Assembly: GCA_041562555.1 (NCBI GenBank)
Contig: JBFEXS010000024.1
Span: 1 to 22,976, forward strand
DNA length: 22,976 nucleotides
Direction: 5' to 3'
From: Sulfurimonadaceae bacterium
GTDB lineage: Bacteria; Campylobacterota; Campylobacteria; Campylobacterales; Sulfurimonadaceae
Below the pieces are notes generated by a model. The model made no database searches. It was not told the DNA's origin and was given only the letters and a program-made list of their open reading frames with translations. This document shows, piece after piece, positions 9,159 through 18,543 of the stretch (its first letter is position 1; every line of letters begins with the position of its first letter). A program made the position numbers and the translations under genes.

Positions 9159-10165
9159 GAAACCTCTGGTTTCTCCTTTTGATCCATTTATCTTTATATG
9201 CGGGAACATCTGTGAAAATAGCCACCTATAATGTCGAGAACCTGTTTGATCTGCATTATGACGGAAGTGAATATAATGAGTATATTCCCAATACCTCCTG
9301 GAAATGGAATGCACAGACCTATCGAAAAAAAATCAATAATATTGCCAGGGTGATCGTCGACCTCCATCCCGATATAATAGCACTCACGGAGATCGAGTCG
9401 GATATGGCCCTTAAAGACCTTCAAAAAGAGCTCTCACGACAAGGCCTCTATCTTAGATACAGAGCCATTGCCGATAAGAAACAGACGGCAGTCAAAAATG
9501 CCATATTAAGTAGATTTCCCATCCGAAAAAAGGAGATAGCCGTTTCCCAGAGCAGAAGCACGCGTAATATCCTTGAAGCCGCCATATCTATCGAGGGAAA
9601 GCCCTTATACATCTATGTCAATCACTGGAAGTCCAAAGCAGGTCCGGAAAGTAAACGTATCGCCTATGCAAAGGCTTTGAAAAGACACCTTGAGACCCTT
9701 CCTCCCCAAAGTCATTATATCCTCAGCGGTGATTTCAATGCCCATTACGCAGAGCACAAGAGCTTTGTTCGAAAACGCAAACATAATGACACCCACGGTG
9801 TCACCGGGATCAACCATATCCTCAACACCATTGACGGCAATGGGGCCTTGTATACCCGTAAGACACTTGCAAAAGACGGGCACTATAACCTCTGGATGGA
9901 GCTACCTGAACATGCGCGTTGGTCACATATCTTTAAAGGAAAGAAAGAAGCCCTTGATCATATGATTCTCTCCCCCTCTTTGCTCGATCAAAAGGGAAGT
10001 CATTATGTCTTGGATAGTTTTGAAGCCTTCAAAGCGGACTATCTCTTCAGCAAATCCAAAAAATGGCTCTATCGGTGGCAGCGCAGTCGAAGCCGTCCTT
10101 ACTTTCATACGGGTAAGGGATATTCGGACCATCTTCCGATCACAGCCCAGTTTTATCTGGAGTAA
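9155..10165 (+). CDS. Endonuclease/exonuclease/phosphatase (EEP) family protein with probable signal peptide
   Basis: ATYNVENLFD, DIIALTEIE, NHWKS, GDFN, LDH and terminal YSDHLPI motifs. Hydrophobic N-terminus MRNLWFLLLIHLSLYA. ATGA overlap with prlC. Confidence 0.88.
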   Translation: MRNLWFLLLIHLSLYAGTSVKIATYNVENLFDLHYDGSEYNEYIPNTSWKWNAQTYRKKINNIARVIVDLHPDIIALTEIESDMALKDLQKELSRQGLYLRYRAIADKKQTAVKNAILSRFPIRKKEIAVSQSRSTRNILEAAISIEGKPLYIYVNHWKSKAGPESKRIAYAKALKRHLETLPPQSHYILSGDFNAHYAEHKSFVRKRKHNDTHGVTGINHILNTIDGNGALYTRKTLAKDGHYNLWMELPEHARWSHIFKGKKEALDHMILSPSLLDQKGSHYVLDSFEAFKADYLFSKSKKWLYRWQRSRSRPYFHTGKGYSDHLPITAQFYLE

Positions 10166-10185
10166 ATCATTTCCATGGAGAATAC

Positions 10186-10953
10186 ATGAAACCGTTTTAT
10201 CTGCTTATACTCTTATCACTTGGTCTATATGCTCTTGAAGGTGTTGAGAAAGAAGAATATATCAAGACCAGCGTCACTGTAGGTGCCGGTGCCTATATAC
10301 AGTCCCAGCCCTACAAAGATGCCGATCCCCTTACCACACCGACACCGGTTGTCTTTTTTGACAACTCTCTTTTCTATGTCCGTTGGGTACGTATGGGGAT
10401 GTACTTTGCCGGTGAAAACAAAGAGAACTACTCCTGGGGGCTGTCATTGACCCTCCAGCCCCGTCCTTTTCAATATAAAGCCTCAGATGCAGCTATTCTC
10501 TCGGGCATGGACGAAAGAGAGAGCAGTTGGGAGGGTGGTTTGGCACTGGCCTTTAAGATGGAAAATTTCTTTTTTGAGACAATAGCGGTACATGACCTCT
10601 TAAACAGATCAGAGGGTACGGTGATAAGAGCCGAAGCAGGTTTTGATTACCAACAGGGGGATTGGAGTTTTTATCCATCGATATTGGCCATATGGTACTC
10701 CGATAATATGAATGATTATTATTATGGCGTAAAAGCAGATGAGAGCAGACCTTTTCGTCCCGCTTATCAGGCGAAATCAGGTCTGAACTATGCAGTACAA
10801 AGTTATATAGACTATGCCTTCAACAAGAACTGGCATACCCTCTTCAATCTACGGGTTGATTACCTCAGTTCACAGATCAAAAACAGCCCCATCGTCGATG
10901 ATGATGTGATGGTCTCAGGACTTGTCTCGCTTATCTATACCTTTGAGTACTAG
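10186..10953 (+). CDS. MipA/OmpV family outer-membrane beta-barrel protein
   Basis: Signal peptide; VGAGAYIQSQPYK, LSGMDERESSWEGG, NDYYYGV...PAYQA and IKNSPIVD match the MipA pattern; aromatic C-terminal strand LIYTFEY; GGAG RBS. Confidence 0.85.
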   Translation: MKPFYLLILLSLGLYALEGVEKEEYIKTSVTVGAGAYIQSQPYKDADPLTTPTPVVFFDNSLFYVRWVRMGMYFAGENKENYSWGLSLTLQPRPFQYKASDAAILSGMDERESSWEGGLALAFKMENFFFETIAVHDLLNRSEGTVIRAEAGFDYQQGDWSFYPSILAIWYSDNMNDYYYGVKADESRPFRPAYQAKSGLNYAVQSYIDYAFNKNWHTLFNLRVDYLSSQIKNSPIVDDDVMVSGLVSLIYTFEY

Positions 10954-10955
10954 CC

Positions 10956-11993
10956 CTAACAGATCCATCCACCGCCGATAAGCTTATCACCATCATAAAA
11001 GACGGCAGCCTGTCCTTTGGCTACGCCAAGTACCGGTTCTTTGAGTTTGATCGTCCCGCTGTTTCCTTCGAGCTCTACATGACATTCAACAGCTGTCGTA
11101 CGATAACGAAGTTTTACCGTTGTATCAAAACGTGTACGTTCATCAAACATATTGATATCACGGATCTGCACATCAAACGTTTCAAGCTCATTTTTCAGAC
11201 CTACTTGTATTTGATTGGTGTCTGGGAGGATCTTCGTCACATAATGAGGCTCATGCGCGCCATGAACCGTAAAGCCTTTACGCTTACCGATCGTATAATG
11301 CATGTACCCTTTATGCTCACCAACGACATTGCCTTCGGCATCAATTACCTCGCCGGGTTGATCGACTTGCACATAATCCTTAAGAACATCCGTATAGGTC
11401 GTCTCCACGAAACAGATCTCAGAAGATTCTGCTTGAGAGGCAAATGATTCCAGTCCCTTTATGGAAGCGGCATACTCTTTGATATCGCTCTTGTGACGCG
11501 TACCCAATGGGAAAATCAGTCGCGGCAATATCTCTTTTTGCACATAAAAAAGAAAATAGCTCTGATCCTTGGTGTCATCTTCTGCCTGGATCAGGTTTTT
11601 CCCGTCAGTTTGAATATAATGACCTGTCGCCAGATATTGGGCACCCACCTCATCAGCAAACTTTAACATCTCGCCAAATTTCAGGTTACGATTACACAAA
11701 GCACAGGGATTAGGCGTCTCACCCTCTTTATAGGTCTCAATAAAGGGAGTGACGACCTTCTTCTTAAAGGTCTCCTGTAGATCAAGAATATGTAGTTTTA
11801 CTCCGGCAAAATCAGCGGCTTTTTGAGCACGCGCCTGATGTATCTCGTGATAGCCGGGCTTGGAGTGTAATTTCATATACACGCCTTCGACCTCATAACC
11901 TTCTTCTTTTAATAGGAGAGTAGAGACGGTAGAATCCACTCCCCCACTCATTCCGATTAATACTTTTTTCTTGTTCAAAGTCGTCTCTGACAT
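10956..11993 (-). CDS. mnmA: tRNA 2-thiouridine(34) synthase MnmA
   Basis: PP-loop MSGGVDS, TPNPCALCN, ATGHY, KDQSYFL, SEICF, YTIGKRKG, GQAAVFY. Start moved to the ATG at 11993 (MSETT..., AGGGA RBS); the longer ORF to 12125 overlaps the upstream gene. Confidence 0.95.
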   Translation of the reverse strand: MSETTLNKKKVLIGMSGGVDSTVSTLLLKEEGYEVEGVYMKLHSKPGYHEIHQARAQKAADFAGVKLHILDLQETFKKKVVTPFIETYKEGETPNPCALCNRNLKFGEMLKFADEVGAQYLATGHYIQTDGKNLIQAEDDTKDQSYFLFYVQKEILPRLIFPLGTRHKSDIKEYAASIKGLESFASQAESSEICFVETTYTDVLKDYVQVDQPGEVIDAEGNVVGEHKGYMHYTIGKRKGFTVHGAHEPHYVTKILPDTNQIQVGLKNELETFDVQIRDINMFDERTRFDTTVKLRYRTTAVECHVELEGNSGTIKLKEPVLGVAKGQAAVFYDGDKLIGGGWIC

Positions 11994-12006
11994 CGTTTTC
12001 CCTAAA

Positions 12007-12798
12007 CTAATTATCGTAAGAGTCTTTACCCTCATCGATATTTCTATTTTCAAAGAAGTCTGAAAGAGAGTGATAATATTGCGTATCCTGCATCCCAACT
12101 TCTTCCAAGGCCTTGATCTGGACACCTAAGGAGGTCTTTACCTGCTCAGCGATATGATCAAGGTCATCTGTAAGCGTAATAATATCCAAATCTTCTGCAT
12201 CTATCATTCCCTCAGCCAATAAAGTATTTTTCATAAAATCCATCAAAGGTTGGAAGAAATCTACCCCGACGACAAAGATCCTGACCCCCGTCACCTTACG
12301 GGTTTGTATCAAAGTGAGTGCCTCAAAAAGCTCATCCAAAGTACCAAATCCACCGGGGAAAATCACATAGGCTATCGAATACTTTACAAGCATCACTTTG
12401 CGGGAAAAGAAATAATCAAAAGTCCGCTCTTTTGTCGTAAAAGGATTGGCTGTCTGCTCCATTGGAAGATCAATGTTAAGCCCGATGGATTCTACGTCCG
12501 GATTGTTATATGCCCCTTTATTGGCAGCTTCCATGATACCCGGTCCACCACCGGTAATAACATTAAATCCTGCAGCACCCAGCTTATCACCTAAAAGTAC
12601 AGCATTCTTATAATACGGATGTTCCTTACTTGTACGTGCAGACCCGAATACAGTCACCGAAGGGCCTAGCTCTCCAAGCTCATCAAATCCATGGACAAAA
12701 TCAGCGATAATCTTAAACACTGACCAGGTATCGGCTGATTTGATATCCTTGGCATAACGTTCTTCTAAAATCTTTTGAGCCTGACGTCTACGTTCCAT
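12007..12798 (-). CDS. LOG family (TIGR00730) nucleotide phosphoribohydrolase-like Rossmann protein
   Basis: VTVFGSAR, ITGGGPGIMEAANKGA, YFFSRKVML and PGGFGTLDE signatures. The ATG at 12798 lies 6 nt after TAAGGA and is preferred to the TTG at 12804. Confidence 0.9.
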   Translation of the reverse strand: MERRRQAQKILEERYAKDIKSADTWSVFKIIADFVHGFDELGELGPSVTVFGSARTSKEHPYYKNAVLLGDKLGAAGFNVITGGGPGIMEAANKGAYNNPDVESIGLNIDLPMEQTANPFTTKERTFDYFFSRKVMLVKYSIAYVIFPGGFGTLDELFEALTLIQTRKVTGVRIFVVGVDFFQPLMDFMKNTLLAEGMIDAEDLDIITLTDDLDHIAEQVKTSLGVQIKALEEVGMQDTQYYHSLSDFFENRNIDEGKDSYDN

Positions 12799-12839
12799 CG
12801 TCAATCCTTAGGTACTAATATCAATTAAGAGAGTATACT

Positions 12840-12845
12840 ATTATA
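12840..12845 (-). promoter_or_regulatory. Putative sigma70 -10 box (TATAAT) for the LOG-mnmA unit
   Basis: Perfect TATAAT on the minus strand in the AT-rich fliY-LOG gap, about 40 nt upstream of the ATG, with T-tracts further upstream. Confidence 0.5.
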
Positions 12846-12867
12846 CTATTAAAAAGTCCGAAAAGTT

Positions 12868-13725
12868 TTAGCCCTTGAGCTGATGAAGACGATCCCGCTT
12901 GCTTCCGATTGTAGTGATCTGGACTCCGAAGTTCCCATCCACGATGACAACCTCACCCTGCGCAATAACATGGTTGTCTACCAAGATATCCAAAGGGTCA
13001 TTTGCCAGCTGATTCAGCTCGATAACCGAACCGATGTCCATACTTAAGACATCCCGCAAAAGCATCTTTTTCTGACCGATCCGTACGCGTACAGGAAGTT
13101 TAACATCCATAATCAGATTGATATTATTATCTGTATCCCCGTCAAATACAGCAGATGGAGCAGATACAGGAGGTGTTTCCTCTGCTTTTTGCGTCTCTTC
13201 CGGTGCATCTGATCCAGCACTGAGTGCACTCTCTATACTGTCATCGATGACAAACATCAATAAAGAGCTGATTGCCCCCAGTGAGAAATTGTAGACATAC
13301 ATTTTTGAATAGGCTTCAAGATTGATCTCACCGGATTCATCAATAAACTCTATATTGGTGACCTTGAAATTAAGACTTGGAAGTTCAGCCTGTGATGTCA
13401 ATGCGGTCGACAGTGCAGAGAGGATATTGGATACGATCTCTTTTGTCGCATCCAGATCCTCATCATCCATACTCTCTTTGCCTTCTCCCTCACCCCCGAG
13501 CATAAGATCACCCAAAGCGGTAGCAAGGGTAGGTGGAATAGCGACAACCGCTTTAGCATCAATATCACCGCTTACATCCGCGTACACAACAGCCGTCGGA
13601 GGGATAATGTTAGAAACAATGGAAAGTGTCTCTTCCTCTTTAAGCTCTAAAGCAGGTGCCTGACCTGTCAATCCTTCGATTGTAGCAATCGTCTCTGACT
13701 CAAAAAGCTTAATAAAATCATTCAT
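12868..13725 (-). CDS. fliY: Flagellar motor switch protein FliY
   Basis: CheC-like N-domain plus FliN/SpoA C-domain (NINLIMDVKLPVRVRIG...IAQGEVVIVDGNFGVQIT). Start at ATG 13725, overlapping the fliM stop (ATGAATGA). Confidence 0.93.
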   Translation of the reverse strand: MNDFIKLFESETIATIEGLTGQAPALELKEEETLSIVSNIIPPTAVVYADVSGDIDAKAVVAIPPTLATALGDLMLGGEGEGKESMDDEDLDATKEIVSNILSALSTALTSQAELPSLNFKVTNIEFIDESGEINLEAYSKMYVYNFSLGAISSLLMFVIDDSIESALSAGSDAPEETQKAEETPPVSAPSAVFDGDTDNNINLIMDVKLPVRVRIGQKKMLLRDVLSMDIGSVIELNQLANDPLDILVDNHVIAQGEVVIVDGNFGVQITTIGSKRDRLHQLKG

Positions 13726-14818
13726 CTTCAAATCCCTCGTTTTCATATTCTTCATCATACATGATCTCTTTTACCCCAGAGATTTTCTCACGTCTGACTT
13801 CTTCATAATGTTTAAGTACCCGTTTGACATCATCTCTTTCCGTATGGATCACTTCGGTGATCTTGATCGATTTTCTAAAACGTCTTAGACCGATTTCACC
13901 TTTAAAACGCTCTTTTCCATCCACACTTAAACTGACAATATCATCTCCACTCGAATTAAGCCGGATGATATCCCCTTCTCCCAGATCGAGAACTTCCCTT
14001 AGCGAAAGTTCTGCCATACCCAGATTTGCTTCCACAGTGACATGCGCTCCACCGATCAGAACCTGCAGTTCCTGATTACGGGATTTCTTTGAACTTGTCT
14101 CATTCAGCATCAAATCGCGAGAAGCCAGTTTTGGAAGGACAGGTTCCAGGGAGATAACAGGATAACAGAGGTTCATCATACCTGAACTGTGTCCGATGAT
14201 GATTTCCATAACGACCATGACAACGATCTCATTTTGAGCTACGATCTGAACAACATTCGGACTTGATTCTTTTGACTCGATTGCGGGGTATACCTCTGTT
14301 ACCGGGCCCCATGCCTCTTTCAGGGTAGACATCATAACACGCAGTACTGTCTCAAAAAGACTTAACTCGATATCCGAGAACTCCCTGTTAGATTCAAAGG
14401 GTTCACCCTTACCTCCCAAAAGCCTATCGAGCATCGGAAAAGCGATAGAAGGATTGATTTCCAGGACTCCCGATCCCTCCAAAGGCTTCATAGAAAAGAC
14501 ATTGAATGACGTCGGGTTTGGCAAAGACATCAAGAACTCACCATAAGTCATCTGATCTACAGAGTGCAGTTGTATCTCGACAATAGAACGCATAATAGAA
14601 GAGATCTGTGATGAGAGTGAACGGGCCATCTTGTCATGTATCCCTCTAAAAGCACGCAACTGCTCCTTTGAGACACGGTTAGGACGTTTAAAGTCGTATA
14701 GTGTGATCTGCTTTTGATGGAAGACCTCTTCTTCTTCGACTGCTAAAGCCTCATCACCCTCATCTTCAACAACATCTAAAAGAGCATCGATCTCTTCTTG
14801 GGAGAGTATATCAGCCAT
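13718..14818 (-). CDS. fliM: Flagellar motor switch protein FliM
   Basis: CheY-binding peptide MADILSQEEIDALL, YDFKRPNRVSKEQLR, DRLLGGKG. Confidence 0.97.
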   Translation of the reverse strand: MADILSQEEIDALLDVVEDEGDEALAVEEEEVFHQKQITLYDFKRPNRVSKEQLRAFRGIHDKMARSLSSQISSIMRSIVEIQLHSVDQMTYGEFLMSLPNPTSFNVFSMKPLEGSGVLEINPSIAFPMLDRLLGGKGEPFESNREFSDIELSLFETVLRVMMSTLKEAWGPVTEVYPAIESKESSPNVVQIVAQNEIVVMVVMEIIIGHSSGMMNLCYPVISLEPVLPKLASRDLMLNETSSKKSRNQELQVLIGGAHVTVEANLGMAELSLREVLDLGEGDIIRLNSSGDDIVSLSVDGKERFKGEIGLRRFRKSIKITEVIHTERDDVKRVLKHYEEVRREKISGVKEIMYDEEYENEGFEDE

Positions 14819-15515
14819 TATTGGCTCCTATTGAATCTTTAATCTTTTTTAACAGGGCCTTATGGATCTGTGAGATCCTTGACTCTGTAATATCCAGCAC
14901 CTGGGAGATCTCCTTGAGAGACAGCTCCTCGAAGTAATATAGCTGAATAATGAGTTGTTCACGCTCACTCTGCGTCTGTAACACCTTTTCGATCACCTCA
15001 ATCAAATCCTCTTTCTCGATCGTTTCCAAAGTACTTCCCTCATTTTGCAATGAGAGTTGTTCGTCGATTGGCATCACCGCATAGATCTCTGAAGCGATTC
15101 TGGCCTCATTTACCTTCTCTTCGCTTTCATCCAGCATCTCTGCCAGTTGTGCATTGGAAGGTTCATTCTCATTCTCTGCCATATACTCGGTAATCGCCTT
15201 ATCAATCATCTTGATAAGTTTTCGGTTGGCACGGCTGACCATATCCAATGAGCGCAAATAGTCCAGCATAGCACCATAAACACGTGTCTTGGCATACCCC
15301 CAGAAGGAGTCATTTTGACTTGCATCATACCGACGGGCCAGCTTGACCAGTTCTTCCGTACCGATTGCAGCCAGATCACAAAAATCAATCGATGACGGCA
15401 GTCGCTCTTTCAGCCTGAACGCCATAGCCTTGACCGCCGGAAGATATTGAATCGCCAGTTCGTCCTCTTTATGCTTCAGCTCATTCACATAAGAAGCTGT
15501 TCCAGGGCACTCCAT
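14811..15515 (-). CDS. fliA: Flagellar sigma factor sigma28 FliA
   Basis: Region 2 FWGYAKTRVYGAMLDYLRSLD and region 4 LYYFEELSLKEISQVLDITESRISQIH; position in the flhF-flhG-fliA-fliM-fliY operon. Confidence 0.95.
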   Translation of the reverse strand: MECPGTASYVNELKHKEDELAIQYLPAVKAMAFRLKERLPSSIDFCDLAAIGTEELVKLARRYDASQNDSFWGYAKTRVYGAMLDYLRSLDMVSRANRKLIKMIDKAITEYMAENENEPSNAQLAEMLDESEEKVNEARIASEIYAVMPIDEQLSLQNEGSTLETIEKEDLIEVIEKVLQTQSEREQLIIQLYYFEELSLKEISQVLDITESRISQIHKALLKKIKDSIGANNG

Positions 15516-15850
15516 TATGCTGCCTTCTTTTTCTTACTTTTCGCATATTGCTTATCCAAAGATGCAATAAAATCATAGGAGTTTTCGATTACAATCTCAC
15601 GTTTTGATATCTCATTCGCATAATAATCCAGATCCCCTTCATGTTTCGTCTTAGGGAAATATTCCTGACGTATCGGGGAAAAACGAATAAAGAAAGAGAT
15701 GATAAAATGTGAAAACAGATAAAAAAATGCTGTAATCAAAAGCGTATATACCAACAGACCTTCCGCAGTATCCGCCTTTAAAATAGAAAACACAAAGCCT
15801 ATAAAAAAACCCTGTACTGTTAAAAAAGAGACAAAATTAGTGCTTCGCAA
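15515..15850 (-). CDS. flgV: Small two-TM motility protein, probable FlgV
   Basis: 111 aa with two N-terminal hydrophobic helices, TTG start after AAGGGA, and TAATG coupling to fliA. It sits between flhG and fliA, where flgV lies in Campylobacter and Helicobacter. The assignment rests mainly on synteny and topology. Confidence 0.72.
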   Translation of the reverse strand: MRSTNFVSFLTVQGFFIGFVFSILKADTAEGLLVYTLLITAFFYLFSHFIISFFIRFSPIRQEYFPKTKHEGDLDYYANEISKREIVIENSYDFIASLDKQYAKSKKKKAA

Positions 15851-15886
15851 GTTGTTATCCCTTATATCTTTGGTCTGTAAGATCGC

Positions 15887-16759
15887 TTAAAAATGTGTCA
15901 TCAAGCGTTTAAACAAGCCTTGAATACCGCTTTCTTCAGGAGATACCAGCATATTTCGTTCCAAATTCCGAGAAAGTTTCTTCACAATCTTCTCCATATC
16001 ACGGGTCGTTGGTGAGATCGGGTTTTCCTGAGAAAAAATCTTTCTTTGTTTGATTGAACGCCCTACTTTCTCGTCAGAGTTTACTTTTCCCAGCAACTCA
16101 AGTTGCAAAGTAGCACCAATATTTGAACGTGCTACTTTTGATATTTTATCATAGAGCAGTTGTGCCTCTTTCTCAGAACGTACCTGATTAAAGATAATAG
16201 AGATTTTTGAACGTATCTTTGAGGTCACTTTTATTGTCGCATACGCATCTGTTATTGCAGCAGGGTCGGGTACCGTCACGACGATCACATCGTCAGCTGC
16301 ATTCAAAAAAAGCTGAATATGCTCACCTATTCCGGCACCGGTGTCAATCAGTAACACATCCAGGTCATCCAATACATGGGCTTCCTGCATAAAACGTTCA
16401 AAGAGACTGCCGTCACTGTATTTCAGGATCTCATCTCCACTCTCTCCGGGGATAAGTACCAAATTTGGTGCAACGGGGATCAAAATATCACTGACACTGG
16501 CTTCACCTTTAAGTACATGCAGGATATTCTTCTTGATCTTAACATTAAACATGACATCCAGGTTTGCCAGACCGATATCTGCATCGAAGATACCCACCTT
16601 CAGCCCATAATGTGCCATCAAATACGCGATGTTTGAGCTGATCGTACTCTTGCCTACTCCGCCCTTTCCACTGGTAATGGCGATAAAACGCGTCTTCTTT
16701 GCTCTATGCTGACTATTTTCATTGACAAGCTCTTTGAGCTTTTCAGCCTGCGTTATCAT
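15887..16759 (-). CDS. flhG: MinD-like ATPase FlhG (flagellar number/placement regulator)
   Basis: N-terminal QAEKLKEL activator helix, deviant Walker A TSGKGGVGKST, DADIGLANLD, IDTGAGI, PDPAAITDAYA; ATGA overlap with flhF. Confidence 0.95.
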   Translation of the reverse strand: MITQAEKLKELVNENSQHRAKKTRFIAITSGKGGVGKSTISSNIAYLMAHYGLKVGIFDADIGLANLDVMFNVKIKKNILHVLKGEASVSDILIPVAPNLVLIPGESGDEILKYSDGSLFERFMQEAHVLDDLDVLLIDTGAGIGEHIQLFLNAADDVIVVTVPDPAAITDAYATIKVTSKIRSKISIIFNQVRSEKEAQLLYDKISKVARSNIGATLQLELLGKVNSDEKVGRSIKQRKIFSQENPISPTTRDMEKIVKKLSRNLERNMLVSPEESGIQGLFKRLMTHF

Positions 16760-18057
16760 CGTTTATTCCTGTCAAAACCGTTTAACATGCAGTCAATAAG
16801 GTAATCACTGCTCGCAACGACAAGGTCTTCCGGAACCTCTTGTCCTACCGAAAAGTAGGAGATCGGTTTACTCGTCTCATACATCAAGGAGAAAATGTTT
16901 CCGAAACCTCTCGTCTCATCCAGTTTGGTAAACATCATCGTATCTATTCCCAAAGGCTCGAAATTATCATAATTTGCCTTGAGGTCCTCGTATTTGATCG
17001 AAGACGGCAATACCAATACCGTATCAATACTCATATCTGTCGTATTGCTTTGCAGGCACTCATAGATCTTCGTGATCTTCTCTTTGTCGTAGGGAGAGGA
17101 CCCCATGGTATCAATAAGGATATAATCACAATAACGCATGGCATTGAGTGCTGATGCAAACTCAGGAGGATCAACCACTGTCTCAATCCCCAGTTTCATC
17201 ATACGTGCGTACTGCATCAACTGTTCGACCGCACCGATCCGATACGTATCCAAGACGATCAGACCGACCTTGTACTTCTTTTCCATCATGTACGAATAGC
17301 GAGCCGCCAGTTTGGCGATGCTCGTCGTCTTACCCACCCCTGTCGGGCCGACAAGCATAATGACCTTTTTGGCTCCTTGCTTGGGTGTCGACTCCATTCT
17401 TACCGGGACCATCTTGCGAAGCAGTACCTGGAAATATCGTTTGACTGTCTGCGAATTTTCACGCATCTTAAGGGGCATATGTTCCAAGGTCATTGCCATG
17501 ATCTCTTGCAGATGCGAAGCGTTCATACCGCTTTCCATGGTCAGTTTATAGATCTCGGAGAACTCTGGAGGGATATGGATGTTCCCCATCTTTTCGGAAC
17601 GCTCATCCCAAAACATGTTTTGAATCAGCTTGACCTTGTCCCCCAGCTTTGAGATCTCGTCTTTGATCTCTTTGAACTCAAGGGGATCGGAACTTTTTTC
17701 CTTGACACGGGCGACCACCTTATTCGCATCATACGTCGCTTCAAACCCCTCGTCTTCCTGTGTAACTTCAGCAATCTTTGAAATCTGTCGTGCTGCTTCC
17801 GAAATATTATAGAGGACATCGGCAGAGCTTTTTGCTACGGGCTCCGTAGCCTCAACACTTTTCGCCGACTCTTGTGCTTCCAGTTTTGCCGCAGTTGCAT
17901 CATCAATACCCACGATGATCTCATATAGAGCAGTCTGTGTCAATGACTTTTTGCGAACCTCTTTAGTCTCTATAAGCATTGCATCTTCGCCCACCGTCAA
18001 TTGGGCTTTTTTCAATGCTTCTGCCGGTGTCGTGCCACTAAAGGTTAAAACTTTCAT
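16756..18057 (-). CDS. flhF: SRP-family GTPase FlhF
   Basis: G1 GPTGVGKTT, DTYRIGAVEQL, DTMG, TKLDET, SVGQEVPEDL. Confidence 0.96.
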   Translation of the reverse strand: MKVLTFSGTTPAEALKKAQLTVGEDAMLIETKEVRKKSLTQTALYEIIVGIDDATAAKLEAQESAKSVEATEPVAKSSADVLYNISEAARQISKIAEVTQEDEGFEATYDANKVVARVKEKSSDPLEFKEIKDEISKLGDKVKLIQNMFWDERSEKMGNIHIPPEFSEIYKLTMESGMNASHLQEIMAMTLEHMPLKMRENSQTVKRYFQVLLRKMVPVRMESTPKQGAKKVIMLVGPTGVGKTTSIAKLAARYSYMMEKKYKVGLIVLDTYRIGAVEQLMQYARMMKLGIETVVDPPEFASALNAMRYCDYILIDTMGSSPYDKEKITKIYECLQSNTTDMSIDTVLVLPSSIKYEDLKANYDNFEPLGIDTMMFTKLDETRGFGNIFSLMYETSKPISYFSVGQEVPEDLVVASSDYLIDCMLNGFDRNKR

Positions 18058-18542
18058 CTACGCTGCTCCATATATGCCATCGGGATGACTACGCTCTCTC
18101 GCTCACGCCAGTGAGGATGTGGTAAGGTCAAGACCTCTGTATTCATTTTTCTATTCTCATAAAAAATCATATCTATATCTAAGGTACGCGGTGCATTGGC
18201 GAAGCTTCGCTTACGACCAAATTTGCGTTCAACCTCTAAGACATATTTTAAAAAAGCCCTTGGCTGCAAATTCGTCTTTACTAAAAGAACCGAATTGTAA
18301 AAATCATCCTGATCCAGATAACCAAAGGGCGGATTCTTTAAAATAGGCCCCGTTCTTATCACGTCGCAAGCCCTACTTCGCAAGAAGTAAAGCACCAGCT
18401 TTTCCAGGGTACGCACAAGGTTCCCGACATTCCCGCCGACACCTAGGGTCACACTATAGCGCTTTGATGAACCCGTGAACTCACAAGGGTACAGAGGCGT
18501 CTTTATTAGACTCAGGTCCTCATTCAAAGCTTTTTGAAGCAT
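18054..18542 (-). CDS. folK: 2-amino-4-hydroxy-6-hydroxymethyldihydropteridine diphosphokinase (HPPK)
   Basis: LGVGGNVG, PFGYLDQDDFYNSV, PRTLDIDMI, LTLPHP...RESVVIP. Confidence 0.93.
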   Translation of the reverse strand: MLQKALNEDLSLIKTPLYPCEFTGSSKRYSVTLGVGGNVGNLVRTLEKLVLYFLRSRACDVIRTGPILKNPPFGYLDQDDFYNSVLLVKTNLQPRAFLKYVLEVERKFGRKRSFANAPRTLDIDMIFYENRKMNTEVLTLPHPHWRERESVVIPMAYMEQRR

Positions 18543-18543
18543 A

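Noticed and set aside
11994..12125. 44-aa N-terminal extension of MnmA
   Set aside because: It overlaps the LOG gene in another frame, and an RBS supports the ATG at 11993.
12868..13725. FliY lacks the N-terminal CheY-binding peptide and has EIVSN rather than a clean ExxN
   Set aside because: As far as I know this is usual for Campylobacterota FliY; there is no sign of pseudogenisation.
13726..13758. N-terminal extension of FliY
   Set aside because: It lies within the end of fliM; the ATG at 13725 gives a typical coupled overlap.
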